Part shown: positions 32,091 to 44,080 of the stretch, piece by piece
Layout of the letters: each line of letters begins with the position of its first letter
Position numbering within the stretch: the first letter of the stretch is position 1
Source: Octopus vulgaris
Taxonomy: Eukaryota
Direction of reading: 5' to 3'
NCBI GenBank assembly: GCA_951406725.2
Contig: OX597817.1
Coordinates: forward strand, 140,492,001-140,556,000
DNA: 64,000 nt
Made by a program: the position numbers and the translations under genes
The notes under the pieces: model-generated
What the model saw: the letters and a program-made list of their open reading frames with translations, nothing else
Database searches by the model: none
What the model was told of the DNA's origin: nothing

Positions 32091-32132
32091 TAATTCTTTA
32101 AAATCGCAAAGAACTGTAAATGCTACTGCTCG

Positions 32133-32167
<35 letters not shown>

Positions 32168-32629
32168 CTCTTCTTCTCCACCCCCAATAAAAATATTTTT
32201 TTTACTTTCCTATTTCCTTGCTGTATGCAAGGATATAAATACATATAAATCTATGCGTGCAAGTCTGTCTGTGTGTATGTGCTTGAGTCGTCTCACAGGA
32301 TCAACCATCACTCGGGGATTAACCGGCTTTCCATTGCACTTAAAACACCCGTTGGATTTTTCACAATTGATATCTGATGACAATAGTGTACAGAATCAGT
32401 CGATCGTTCAAATAACCTCCTTTTCATAAGAGATCGTGCTTCTACGTTGTTGCCTGACCTCCCTAAAAAAAAAAAGAAATAGACGGTACATAAGATAACT
32501 TAGACAAACTGACTGATAGGTGACGGTCGTTTAGAGTATGAGCGGGCTAAGACTACGCGCCTTCACTAGTCAGTTAAGGTGAGACAGTGTCACGTGACAA
32601 CTTGCTGGGGCTGCCTGCTGGAGCCTAGC

Positions 32630-32960
32630 AGCAGGTATTTAAAGGGGAAAATTTGACAAGTCAATCAGTCACCGGCTGACACTCACTGACGATACATCGA
32701 AGAGGCCAGGGAACAGAAGAAAGAAGACATGCGCCCAACACCAGAGCTGAAGACACCGCCGAAAGTGGGGGGACGTCAAAACGGTAGAGGAGTAGGGGCC
32801 GAAACCGGACGTGGTTCCTCCTGATGATGTCTTGAGCTATATGGATCCTATAAAGGAGCTGTTGTGGTAGAAGACCACGAAACACGGTTGTAATTCCTGG
32901 AAAATTGACGAGCTGAAGAAAACAGCACAAGAACAAAATAAACAAACAAAGACCATCAAA
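32630..32960 (+). other. Cluster of hammerhead-core-like motifs downstream of a TATA-like box (possible PLE-type terminal repeat)
   Basis: TATTTAAAGGGG at about 32636; CTGANGA at 32686, 32747, 32821, 32913; GAAA(C) at 32761, 32801, 32879; hairpin GTGGT-AGAAG-ACCAC directly before GAAAC. Confidence 0.45.
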
Positions 32961-33094
32961 TGCAGTCAGAACAGCTGGAACTGTCAATTCGGTGTGGGCT
33001 TTCACAGCCATAGATGTTGCTCTGCTAACAAAGCTGATGCATCACTTTCTCGACAGATATCCATGATCTCGCGAGACTAATGTGTGAGTATATA

Positions 33095-33513
33095 CTCTTT
33101 ACTCTTTTACTCTTTTACTTGTTTCAGTCATTTGACTGCGGCCATGCTGGAGCACCGCCTTTAGTCGAACAAATCGACCCCGGGACTTATTCTTTGTAAG
33201 CCCAGTACTTATTCTATCGGTCTCTTTTGCCGAACCGCTAAGTTACGGGGACGTAAACACACCAGCATCGGTTGTCAAGCAATGCTAGGGGGACAAACAC
33301 AGACACACAAACATATACACACACACTTATATATATATATACATATATACGACAGACTTCTTTCAGTTTCCGTCTACCAAATCCACTCACAAGGCATTGG
33401 TCGGCCCGGGGCTATAGCAGAAGACACTTGCCCAAGATGTCACGCAGTAGGACTGAACCCGGAACCATGTGGTTGGTTAGCAAGCTACTTACCACACAGC
33501 CACTCCTGCGCCT
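33095..33513 (-). mobile_element. tRNA-derived SINE, family D, full length, CR1-like tail
   Basis: Head GGCGCAGGAGTGGCTGTGTGGTAAG...GGGTTCAGTCC; tail GGCGGTGCTCCAGCATGGCCGCAGTCAAATGACTGAAACAAG then (TAAAAGAG)n. Confidence 0.9.
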
Positions 33514-35404
33514 ATATGTATATACATACAACAAAAATGGGGTGAAATCTACAAAAACGTTAAAACAACTGTATTCTTAATTTTTTTTTTTTAATTAAAT
33601 GGCAAAAACAAATGTATCTCATTTACACGTATTAAAACTTATTATCGTAGATTCCAACCTGTTTTCTATCTGAAAAGTAATCACTGTAATGAGAATATGG
33701 AGACATGTGAAATTGTTGCTGGTGGATGGGGAATAAAGGTATCAAAATACTCGGCAAGGAGTGTTCAGTAAAGAAAGTTTTTAAACAATAGACTGACCTC
33801 GGGAGGTTGACGGACAGAAACAGTAATGAGAATCAGAAAGGGTGGGGAAGTTTTGCACTTCAGTGTGTTGTGGGTGAAAGAAAGATGAAGATATCAGCGT
33901 ATAAGGTAAGGAGTGGTTAACTGAATTTTGGATCCGATGACGTCATAAATATTGAAGTACTTAATGTGGCCATCTAATGCAAAATAGAAAGAAGGATATA
34001 CAAATAACTAGAAAGATTAATAGGCGGAATAACTTGTAACAGTTTATGTTGCTCACCAGATTGTGTCTCGAAATTTGCGTGTGAGAACGTGAAAAGGAAA
34101 ACTCCCTAACGGATATTAATTTGCCTTATCGACAAACAGCTCGAGTGACACACTAGGTTCTATTGAAATGATATTATCTCCTTCAAATATATGGCTTTTC
34201 TGTTAATGTTCGTGTGACACAAAATATAGAAATACCGCAATGGACCGGCGTCTCACTTATACGCCATGGAAACCGAATGACTAGTTCTAGGACTCGAGGC
34301 AGTGATATGCAGAGATTGACAATAACGATGATGATGAACACGGTTGGAATGCCTTTGTTCATGAGTTTACTCGATCGGGACTGACCCTGGGTTAAACAAA
34401 ATTAAAAACCGCCACCACCACTAATTCTATTGCTTCAACACAAACAACTACGACGTTAGAAACTGTATTATTGGCATAAAACGTTAAGATTTTAGGAGCA
34501 GAATTCCACGATTTATACCATTCCCCAAAGTATTTTAATAAAAAATAGATGAAGCTTCTTTCCTGGTTGGTTCGTAAATAAGGTTCGTTTGTAGATAAAA
34601 CCACTTACAACAGCTGTTCATGTAATGATTTTTTATTTGAAACACCAGGCTGTGTACCTTGTGATTATTGATGGGAGAGACAAGGGAGTGGAATATCTCT
34701 TCCTCGCCAAACAACATTAGTTAATGGCGTCCATTAAATTGACACCAGTCTGTTACCAATGACTATTTAATCGATTCTGGAGGCTTTAAATGCAAAATTG
34801 TAGGATTCCAAAGCAAATACATAAATTATCTATGACCTAGGTTGGTGTGTGGTCCTATCCAATGAAATCAAGACCACTCCTAGCAGCTGTGAATAAAATA
34901 TAGGGTTCGAACTTATGGCAAATATCACTTGATATATTCTAATGCTTCCGCAACAAAAACGGTCACAATTGCTTTATTAGGTGATGGATGGCTGCGCGGT
35001 TCTATTACGAACCTCTTGGTACAGGGTTTGCTCCTCCTGTGTGGCACTTTGAGCATCTGACTTTTACTACAGCCTCCGAGTAACAAATAACTTGAGGTTA
35101 AGTATATGTATGTATATATGTATATAAATATAAAAATGGAACAAAAACGCAATAGAGGGCATTAAAACGTTCGGACAGATAGACGACACAGAGGCGAACA
35201 AGAGAAACAACATTTAGGACAGGCAAAAAAGACGGGTCATTCTTAGTTTCTTTTCTTCAGTCAAGTACCAGAAGTCATGACTATTTCGGACAGAGGGTTC
35301 GATCTGGTTGTCCCCCAAAAAGTCTAAGCTAAGAGCATTAGACCCCTTTGTAAGAAAGTTGGCGAATGTATACGGCAACAAAGACAAGAAAACAAACAAA
35401 AAAT

Positions 35405-35462
<58 letters not shown>

Positions 35463-35546
35463 CTCAAAGCCACTCCCCAGATGACGTGCAAGTCCACAGT
35501 TATTGCTGGATCATGTTCATATAATATTCGTGTAACATTATGGAGT

Positions 35547-35765
35547 GAAGGCACCTGGATTAGTGGTTCGAGTATTCCCGGCGGTGTGCTGTGTCCTTGA
35601 GCAAGACACTTATTTCATATTGCTCCGCTCCACTCAGAACTGCATCTATATTTCAAAGGGCCAGTCTTGTCACATTCTGTGACACACTGAATCTTACTGA
35701 AAGTTATGTAAAAGGTTCGCACGTTTTTGGAGTGCTCAGGCTGTTCCGTTGATCAGATCAAGCGC
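35547..35765 (+). mobile_element. Decayed family B SINE
   Basis: GTCCTTGAGCAAGACACTT, TTTCAAAGGGCCAG and GCTGTTCCGTTGATC blocks shared with 5381-5700. Confidence 0.7.
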
Positions 35766-35872
35766 CCACCCACCATCGGTAATTAACAGCTGATGCTAAT
35801 GTACAGAAATATTTGGTCTAATTTGGATTGATGTAAGTTGGTGTAAACTGTTCTTTCTACACACACACACAC

Positions 35873-36752
35873 CAGGGCTAGTTCTGTAGCGCACCAATAA
35901 ATGGCAGCACACGGCTGTATGCGCAATGAGAGCTAGCAGTGACCTTCATGGGGCAGTGTGCCGAGTGACGTCGCTGTGCTTGCTTCGCAAGTTGTGAAAT
36001 TTGTGTTTTTGTGGTCATGTGTATGCTTTAGTCTGCAATTTTGTCATGGATGGGAAGTTGGAAGAAAGAACCAACATGAAATTTTGTATTAAACTTAGAA
36101 AGTCTGCTACAGAGACATTGAGCATGCTTCTACAAACTTGCAGCAATGAGGCAATGGTTCGGATGCAATGTTTTGAGTGGCATGAACACTTCAAAAGTGG
36201 AAGAACGTCTCTGGAAGACGACGAGCGATCTGGAAGACCTGCCATGAGCATCACCTCCGGAAATGTGGAGAGAATTCATTAGCTTTTGCATGAGGATTGT
36301 CGGAGGACAAACAACGACGTTTTGAAGCGTTTGAGTGAGGAGATTCGGCGAAAGTGACGGATTTATGGAGCGCGAAGAATTGGATTCTTCACGAGGACAA
36401 TGCATTTTGTCACCGAGCTTTCCTCACGCGTGAGTTTCTTGTCAAAAACAACTTGGTGTCGTTTCCTTTACCCGCGCCCTATTCAGCAGATACGGCACCT
36501 GTGGACTTCCATCTCTTGCCCACGATGAAAATGCAGCGCAAAGGTCGCCGCTTTAACACCGTTGTCGACATCAAGAGCAATTCGCAGAAGATCCTCGATT
36601 CGCTTACGGAAAACGACTTCTGGGCTGGATTCCAAAAAGTAGCAGGAACGCTGAAACCGATGTATTACTGCGCAAGATGACCATTTCGAAGGAGATTATA
36701 TTAAAACTTAGGTAAACATAACTAGTCCAAAAACCTTTTGATACCATCTTGT
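35873..36752 (+). mobile_element. Internally deleted mariner transposon (transposase pseudogene)
   Basis: EERTNMKFCIKLRKSATET...FEWHEHFKSGRTSLEDDERSGRP (HTH region) and WILHEDNA..H...PYSADTAPVDFHL (HDNA and YSPDLAP.D motifs); middle missing; right-end TIR-like sequence at 36721-36752. Confidence 0.9.
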
Positions 36753-37649
36753 GTGCGTGTATGTGTGTGCGTGTATGTGTGTGTGTGTATGTGTGTAAAA
36801 TATTTGTATGCATGCATAATGTGCCTGTGTGCGTGATCATCCGTCTGACTCACCACTTCCGGTTAAAGGTTAAAAGCACATCAAAAAGTAGACTTGGTCA
36901 AAATATAGATTCAACTCCAGGTTGAATTATTTACAAGGATCGACATGTGACCAAAGCCTTGAAAACAGTGCTGCAGCATGACCGTGATGCATTGACTGAA
37001 ACCAGTGAAATAATAATTTAAGTTTGAAATACACTCATGCCTTTCTTAAGAGGCCGATATCTTTCATGGAAAATAATCAGCAGAACAAAATATTTCTTGA
37101 CGTTTTTCCAACCTGTCTTATAACGAATGAAGCGGTAGCAACTGATTTCTCAAACCTTCGTATAAAGTCGGTTCTTTGAGACTTGACGATATGTATTTGG
37201 GTACGCAGATATTTTGAAAATACCCCACGGAGTAGCGACTGTGCCCTGCATAGTTACTGGCTGGCATAGCACTTCTGGAAGGTGGCAGTCTTGGGAATCT
37301 GCGAAAGCGCAACGAAAAAACGAAAAAAGTGATATGCATCGGCCAACATCTAACCCCACATAAAGCGAAACAGAAGCAACTATTTCAATCCTCCGTTTAA
37401 CAAGGTTTTAAACTTATAAACAGAATAATTTAAAGAAAAAAATCTCCTTCTCCAAGAATAACCCTCTTCTTCAAAATAAGTACAAAAAATATTTCAAAGA
37501 AATTCTTGAAAAAATATCGTTAATTCCACCGTAGCTGTCTATCATGAAAAACAACTGCCATGAACCACATCTGTCACAAACCACATCTTTCATAAAACAT
37601 ATCTGTCATAAACCGCATCCATACCTAGAGCTTTTTCCATTACTTTCAA

Positions 37650-38030
37650 GCATGACTCTGTGCTTAAGAATCTCGCATTGTAGCCATGTGGTTTTGGGTT
37701 CTGTCCTACTGCGCGGCATTTGACCAACTATAGTCCCGAGCCGACCAATTCTTTGTGAGTGAATTTTGTAGACGGAAACTGCGTGCAAGACCGACGTATA
37801 TATAGTTTGTGTATGAGTATATATATATGCGTGTGTCATTGTGTTTGTAATTGTTCTGTACTAACGCTTGGCAACCGGTATTAGTTTGTTTACGTTTCCG
37901 TTATCTAGTAATTCCGCAAAAAAGGCCGATAGAATAAGTACTACACTTTAAGTATATGTACTGGGATTGATCTGTTCACCTTCAAGGTGGTGCCATAACA
38001 TGGCCATACTCCAATAACTGAAACAAATAA
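37650..38030 (+). mobile_element. Old family D SINE
   Basis: Diverged match to 38397-38807 (GAGCCGACCAA, GTAGACGGAAACTG, GATAGAATAAGTAC, ACTGAAACAA). Confidence 0.7.
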
Positions 38031-38396
38031 GAGAAAATCAAACGGATGAATAAACTTCCAATTGCAGCGATCCATATAAACTGGGGCTCAACCATAACTT
38101 TTCGTTGAAAGGGACTATTTACTGCGCGCCACGATATCAATCGAACTACTCAGGACCTAAAAGATTCCTCAGATTAGCTTCGAGTTCGTTCAAAATACGT
38201 TACAATGAAGGTCTTTGCTCTATTCTGCCATGAACTTTGAAGCGCTGACACGAGTTTGTCGTCATTGTATTTCAAGCCTTAAATCTAATAACCCAAATGG
38301 ATCGATTGTAGATTTATGTATATTCCAAACCTTATAACCATTCCCACAGACATGTGTATTTTATATTTCTGAACGTTATGAAATATTGTTCCACAT

Positions 38397-38807
38397 GAGT
38401 GGCTGTGTGGTAAGTAGCTTGCTTACCAACCACATGGTTCTGGGTTCAGTCCCACTGCGTGGCACCTTGGGCAAGTGTCTTCTACTATAGCCTCGGGCCG
38501 ACCAAAGCCTTATGAGTGAATTTGGTAGACGGAAACTGGAAGAAGCCCATCGTATATAAGTATATATATGTGTATGTGTGTGTATATGTTTGTGTGTCTG
38601 TGTTTTTTCCCCCAAAATCGCTTGACAACAGACGCTGGTATGTTTACGTCCCCGTAACTTAGCGGTTCGGCAAAAGAGACCGATAGAATAAGTACTAGGT
38701 TTACAAAGAATAAGTCCTGGGGTCGATTTGCTCGACTAAAAGGCGGTGCTCAAGTATGGCCGCAGTCAAATGACTGAAACAAGTAAAAGAGTAAAAAAGA
38801 GTAAAAG
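38397..38807 (+). mobile_element. tRNA-derived SINE, family D
   Basis: Near-identical to the reverse complement of 33095-33513. Confidence 0.9.
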
Positions 38808-39391
38808 AATTTAATTCTCTTTAACTGCCGCTTACACTCTGTATCGTTCTTGTATGCATAAATGTTCTAGAATACCCAGAAAGTTTCAAGTTGTTTTATG
38901 AGTCCAAATAATCGAAAATTATAAATAAGAATGATTTCCTCTCACAAGCGACTTCTTTTCGAATAAAAGTATTTCACTTCTGAAACAGATCTGATCACAA
39001 GAAGACCACCTCAGACCGAACTGATCGCAGGAAACCCAATAACTTACTGTGTAAACAAAACAAATATTTCTCTATATTTTAAATCTACCCGTTTAGGTCG
39101 AATGCTCCTTTCATCGTTGACAACCATCCTTCCTCTTTCCCATTTCTCCCTCTTAACATATTTCTTATACTTTCACTCTGTTCCCTACCACTCCCCACCT
39201 CCCACTCTTCCTCAACATTGCATATGTAATATTATATCAAAAATTCTTCATTCTCATTCTGACGGTTCGACATATGAGACTACGATAATGTACGAACCCA
39301 AACATTTTTCACCTTCAGCAGATATCTATACTCTCCTACTCTCAATATCGACTACTTTGTATTCGTTGTCGTTTGAACTTTAGTAAAAACA

Positions 39392-39393
<2 letters not shown>

Positions 39394-39472
<79 letters not shown>

Positions 39473-39484
39473 CATCATCATCAT
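39394..39484. repeat. (TTA)n-(TCA)n microsatellite
   Basis: Directly visible. Confidence 0.95.
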
Positions 39485-39751
39485 TGTGCGATTGCAATCG
39501 TTGTCAGAACGTCAAACTGTGCATCTTATATTACCACCTTACAATACGCTGCACATTTAATGCACATCTTTGCTTGAAGCAATATCCCCTTCATTATCTT
39601 CTTAGATTTCTATTTCTTAAACAACAAAAGCACTTTTCTTTCGCTCAAACTTCTTTTCTCTTTCATTTTTGTCTTTCCCAATTGCTTCCACATACGCGCG
39701 CACACACACACACACACACACTATATATATATATATATATATACATATATA

Positions 39752-39891
39752 GGGAGAGTTTACGAAAAAGACGAAGACAGGTGGTGTAGAAAACAAACAG
39801 ATGTATTAGTATAACGCTCAGGAATAGAAAGTCTTTTACGTTTCGAGCCTACGCTCTTCTACAGAAAGGGACACAGAAAAAAACAAGGAGA

Positions 39892-39894
<3 letters not shown>
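39752..39894 (-). mobile_element. Dispersed ~160-bp module with a minimal HHR-like motif (39833-39868)
   Basis: Same sequence as the 14061 copy; (TA)n on both sides. Confidence 0.75.
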
Positions 39895-39943
<49 letters not shown>

Positions 39944-40275
39944 TGACATGTGTGTATGTCTGAGTGTATGTGTGTATTTATATGTATGTTGTCTGTATGA
40001 ATATATGCTTGAAAAGAGAGGGGAAAGAGAACGTGAATGAGAGAATGAGACGGCGAGAAAGTGTGTGTGACTCACAGGCAGATACAGATAAAGCTCTCTG
40101 TAATATAATAAAGATGTATAGTCTAGATGAAACAGAGTAAATCATATTATAGAAAGTTGCTTCAATACATTTTGGAAGAATAACAGCGAGAAAGCAAGAC
40201 GAAACAACCATCAAGACGCTTAACTTTTATTTCAATATTTCGGGTTTATAAACATATTAACGATATAGAATAGGA

Positions 40276-40654
40276 GCACTCCGTCGGTTGCGACGACGAG
40301 GGTCCCAGCTGATACGATCAACGGAACAGCTTGCTCGTGATATTAACGTGCAAGTGGCTGAGCACTCCACAGACACGTGTACCCTTAACGTAGTTCTCGA
40401 GGAGATTCAGCGTGACACACATAATGTGACAAGGCTGGTCCTTTGAAATACAGGTACAAGAGAAACAGGAAGAAAGAGCGAGAGAAAGTTGTGGTGAAAG
40501 AGTACAGCAGGGTTCACCACCACCCTCTGCCGGAGCCTCGTGGAGCTTTAGGTGTTTTCGCTCAATAAACACTCACAATGCCCGGTCTGGGAATCGAAAC
40601 CGCGATCCTCCGACCGCGAGTCCGCTGCCCTGACTACTGGGCTATTGCGCCTCC
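40276..40654 (-). mobile_element. Family A subtype 2 SINE with target-site duplication
   Basis: Full head and tail; CATATTAACGATA at 40253-40265 and 40654-40666. Confidence 0.9.
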
Positions 40655-41049
40655 ATATTAACGATAGCAAATGGAGAATAAGCTAAGGTCTGACTTGTAC
40701 ACAAATGTTGAAATGGATGGTGGGATGCAGCATGCACAGGTTGACAGTGTCAAATACTATCACACATTATTTGTCTGTTGTTAATTCATGGGTTTCATTT
40801 ATCAAAACCCTTAATCGCTAGTTTATCAAAATTAAATAGGTGTTCATTAACATACATGCTCTGTATGAGCACGATGCATCACATATATCTTCACATCTAT
40901 TACATGTATCAGATGCTGTGTAATACACCTTGTAAGCCTCTACACACATATGTTTCATAGCGATCGGAACCTCGGATGTGGTAAACATCCAAGCGAGGTA
41001 TATACTGCAGGCAACTCTTCAAGCCAAGGGTATCTTGATGAAATTCGAG

Positions 41050-41225
41050 TTTGCTCTTAATGTGCAAACTCGAGTAACCAACATCTTCTACTCCCTACTC
41101 GATAAGCATTTTCTTAAATCCAGCCCCTTTAGAAAAATATCTGCCCCCCAATCTATAAAATTATCTTACTCCACCAATATTGGCGAAATAATCCGACATT
41201 TTAACAATAAGAGACTCAGAAATCC
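41050..41225 (+). mobile_element. Penelope-like element protein fragment (region between RT and GIY-YIG)
   Basis: NVQTRVTNIFYSLLDKHFLKSSPFRKISAPQSIKLSYSTNIGEIIRHFNNK resembles the PLE motif NVKTNIG..FL.LIDKHFP....L.KIFN...VK.SYSCM.N...II..HN.K (recalled, not searched). Confidence 0.65.
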
Positions 41226-42325
41226 ACAACCAGCTAACCCCTATCCTAATAACGTAACTCAACTTAACCTCCAGCTCCATACATATAAATTCAGAACATC
41301 AAATAACTTCCTTACAAACCACGGGGAGGTGGAGTTCTAAATTTATTCCAAGGAGTTTTATTCTGACCCTATGCCCAGGAAATACCGTATGTGTGTGTAT
41401 ATGTGTGTGCGTGTGCGTACGTGTGTTTGTAGACACACCTGGATAGATACACAGATACAGGCATGCGTGTACATAGATATTACTGTAAATATACTGTGAA
41501 GTTTGAGTTCACCGGGATTTTAAAATTACATATTATGTGAGTGCGTGCACGCGTGCGTTTTTGCGTGTATATGTGCGTGCTCATTTTTGTGTCTCCACAT
41601 CAGCATGCGTGCTTAAGCGAAAGCAGGGTATTGTAATCACTTGTCTTTGTGCTTGCAAAATTACTGGGAAACGGCTGAACGAATTTCCACCATATTTGGT
41701 AGAAATACTCATTGTTCAAATTTCCCAATAAGCAAATGGTCATATTATTTTGTTCACTTTCTTTTTCATATGAATCGAGCTTAGCCTGCGTGTTTGTTGA
41801 TCATGGTGTACCTATGCGCATAGACACGTTGGGTACATACATATATACATATATATGCGACTGTGTGTGCGTGTATTTGTGTGTACATTGATGGATTCGA
41901 GCGTTTCGTTTATTTACGAGTTGATTCCTAAACTTCACCGAAGTATAAATACCTATAATGGTGATACTTACAAAAAAAAAAAAAAAAGGAAAGCTTAATT
42001 CAGGCCAATTAAAAAGTATGGTTGAGGCAACGCATTGTAAGCCACACTAGAATTTGTGAAAAAATTTATCTGTGCGCAGGATATGAATCACTCCTTCGAT
42101 AACTGTTTTCTTTCATTATTGCTAAACTCGCTTGAAAATAATAAATTCAGTTTAACTTGAGTGTGTGTATCTGTATGTGTGTGTGTTAGTGTGCACGTAT
42201 GGATATACAGAGAGACGTAAAATATACATTAAAACACTTCTGTATAATGTATGTCCTGCAAAAACGCCATAAAATTTTATTTTTATTTTACTATTGACAA
42301 CCTTGTTGTTGTTTCATTTTTCCAG

Positions 42326-42472
42326 GGACTTAACATGGAATGGTTAGCCTATACATTGATTATTTGTGTAACCTTGACAACAGTGTCTGTGTGTCGCTAT
42401 AAGCCAGGATCAGCCAATGTTTTAAATCTAATTCTCGCCAATCTTTCTCAACAACCGAATCAAGGTTCCTAG
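42326..42472 (+). CDS. Candidate first coding exon or small ORF with signal-peptide-like N-terminus (MEWLAYTLIICVTLTTVS...)
   Basis: Branch-like TTGAC, pyrimidine tract and CAG acceptor ending at 42325; AACATGG context at ATG 42335; hydrophobic 18-aa stretch; only a weak donor (TCT|GTGTGT after 42388); in-frame stop at 42470-42472. Confidence 0.3.
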   Translation, partial: GLNMEWLAYTLIICVTLTTVSVCRYKPGSANVLNLILANLSQQPNQGS

Positions 42473-43324
42473 TTACATCATATTAAAAAGAAACAATGGC
42501 TTCCTTGATTTTTAACTTTTAAGCCGCGAGAATATTTCCTTCTTTTTCTTGGTCTTTTATTACTCTTTATATATATATATTGCCTTCTTGTTGATGTTGT
42601 TATTGTTGTTATAGTTGATGATGTTATTTAACCCCACGTGAACACAAACTAGACAGGTTTATGATCAAAGTCATTCAATTTGTTACCATCCTGTCTTTTT
42701 GTAAAGGTGTGATGTATCTAGGATTATATCAGCCAATATGCAAAGTTGCTTTTAAAAAGCATTGAGGCACTCTTTACAAAGAAAGGTATAAAAAGTTCTT
42801 AGGAATGGCATGCAGTAGTGCCTTATCAAGAATGAACTGTTTAGGCTAGCGAGGTCTTCGAGAAGGATTAGAATAAAAAAAAAGATAAAGAAAGCTATCG
42901 TCCTTTTCATGGCGGCCTGTTGATCTCGTTTTGTATTATGTTGTTCTTGTTATTGACAGAACAAGCTTTTATGCTCCAATCTCAACTTTTGATCAACTCA
43001 CAAACACGCGTTCAATCTGAACGCATTCGCGTTTCTGTGGATAAGAGGCAACAATGCGGTTTCAGGTTCGATGCTTCCTTAAGCCGCCGCACCTTAAACG
43101 TTTGCGTAAGATACTTCATGACAGCCGAAGCTTTTGAGGGGAAATTGGTGGATGAAAAGTGCGTGGAAACCGACTTAACGGTTATTAAAATACCAGTTAT
43201 ATACTGGGATTGCTTCTATACTCTTCTATAGATCTTCTTCCTTGTGTTAATGCAGGAAATCCTTATTCTTAATTATTTAATCAAAGTGTTTAACTGGCAC
43301 AATCTTTAATCCGGCGGCATTAAA

Positions 43325-43701
43325 TCCGGATTAGGATTGATTCCGGATTAGAAGCATTTATTCCAGCTTAGAAGCCTTTTTTGCGGCTTAGCAGCATTTA
43401 TTCCGGTTTAGAAGTATTTATTAAGGCTTAGAAGCATTTATTCCGGTTTAGAAGCATTTAATCCGGCTTAGCAGCATTTAATCCGGCTTAGCAGCATTTA
43501 CTCCGGCTTAGCAGCATTTATTCCGGCTTAGAAGCATTTATTCAGGTTTAGAAGCATTTATTCCGGTTTAGAAGCATTTATTCTGACTTAGAAGCATTTA
43601 TTCCGGCTCGGGAGTATTATTCCGGCTTAGCAGCATTTATTCCGGTTTCGAATTATTTATTCCGGTTTCGAATTATTTATTCCGGTTTAGAAGCATTTAT
43701 T
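43325..43701. repeat. 20-bp minisatellite (TTCCGGCTTAGAAGCATTTA)n, roughly 18 units
   Basis: Directly visible tandem units with point variants. Confidence 0.95.
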
Positions 43702-43747
43702 CTACCTTTTGATATTCTGGGTTCAAATGCCGCCAATGTTACTTTTA

Positions 43748-44080
43748 AAGCAGTGAGCTGGCTGAATCGTTAGCACGTCTGACAAAATTCTAGATGATAT
43801 TTCCTCTTGGATCGATAAAATAAGTGAACAGTGGAATCGATGGACTTGACCAGCCCCAACCCGCCCCACAAAATTTTAGGTCTTGTGCCTACCGTACAAC
43901 GAGTTTTCAGTGGTGAAGAATTCGTCTCTCTACAAATCCATTGTCTTTCCTATAAATATTGGTTCCAAATTCTAGCACAAGGCCAGTAATTTGAAGGGAG
44001 GGGAAGTCGATTAAGTCGCCGCCAGTGATTAACCGATTCTTATTTTATCAATCCCCAAAGGATGAAAGGCAAAGCCGATC
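43748..44080. mobile_element. Two decayed family C SINE fragments in opposite orientations
   Basis: GCAGTGAGCTGGCTGAATCGTTAGCACG (+) at about 43750; AAGGATGAAAGGCAAAG (-) at about 44060. Confidence 0.6.

Noticed and set aside
35105-35410. TA-flanked segment with minus-strand TGTCC-GAAATAGTC and CTGAAGA-AAA-GAAAC
   Set aside because: May be another HHR-bearing terminus, but the stems could not be assembled convincingly.
43325-43701. CRISPR-like appearance of regular repeats
   Set aside because: Units are directly tandem without unique spacers, there are no cas genes, and the context is eukaryotic.
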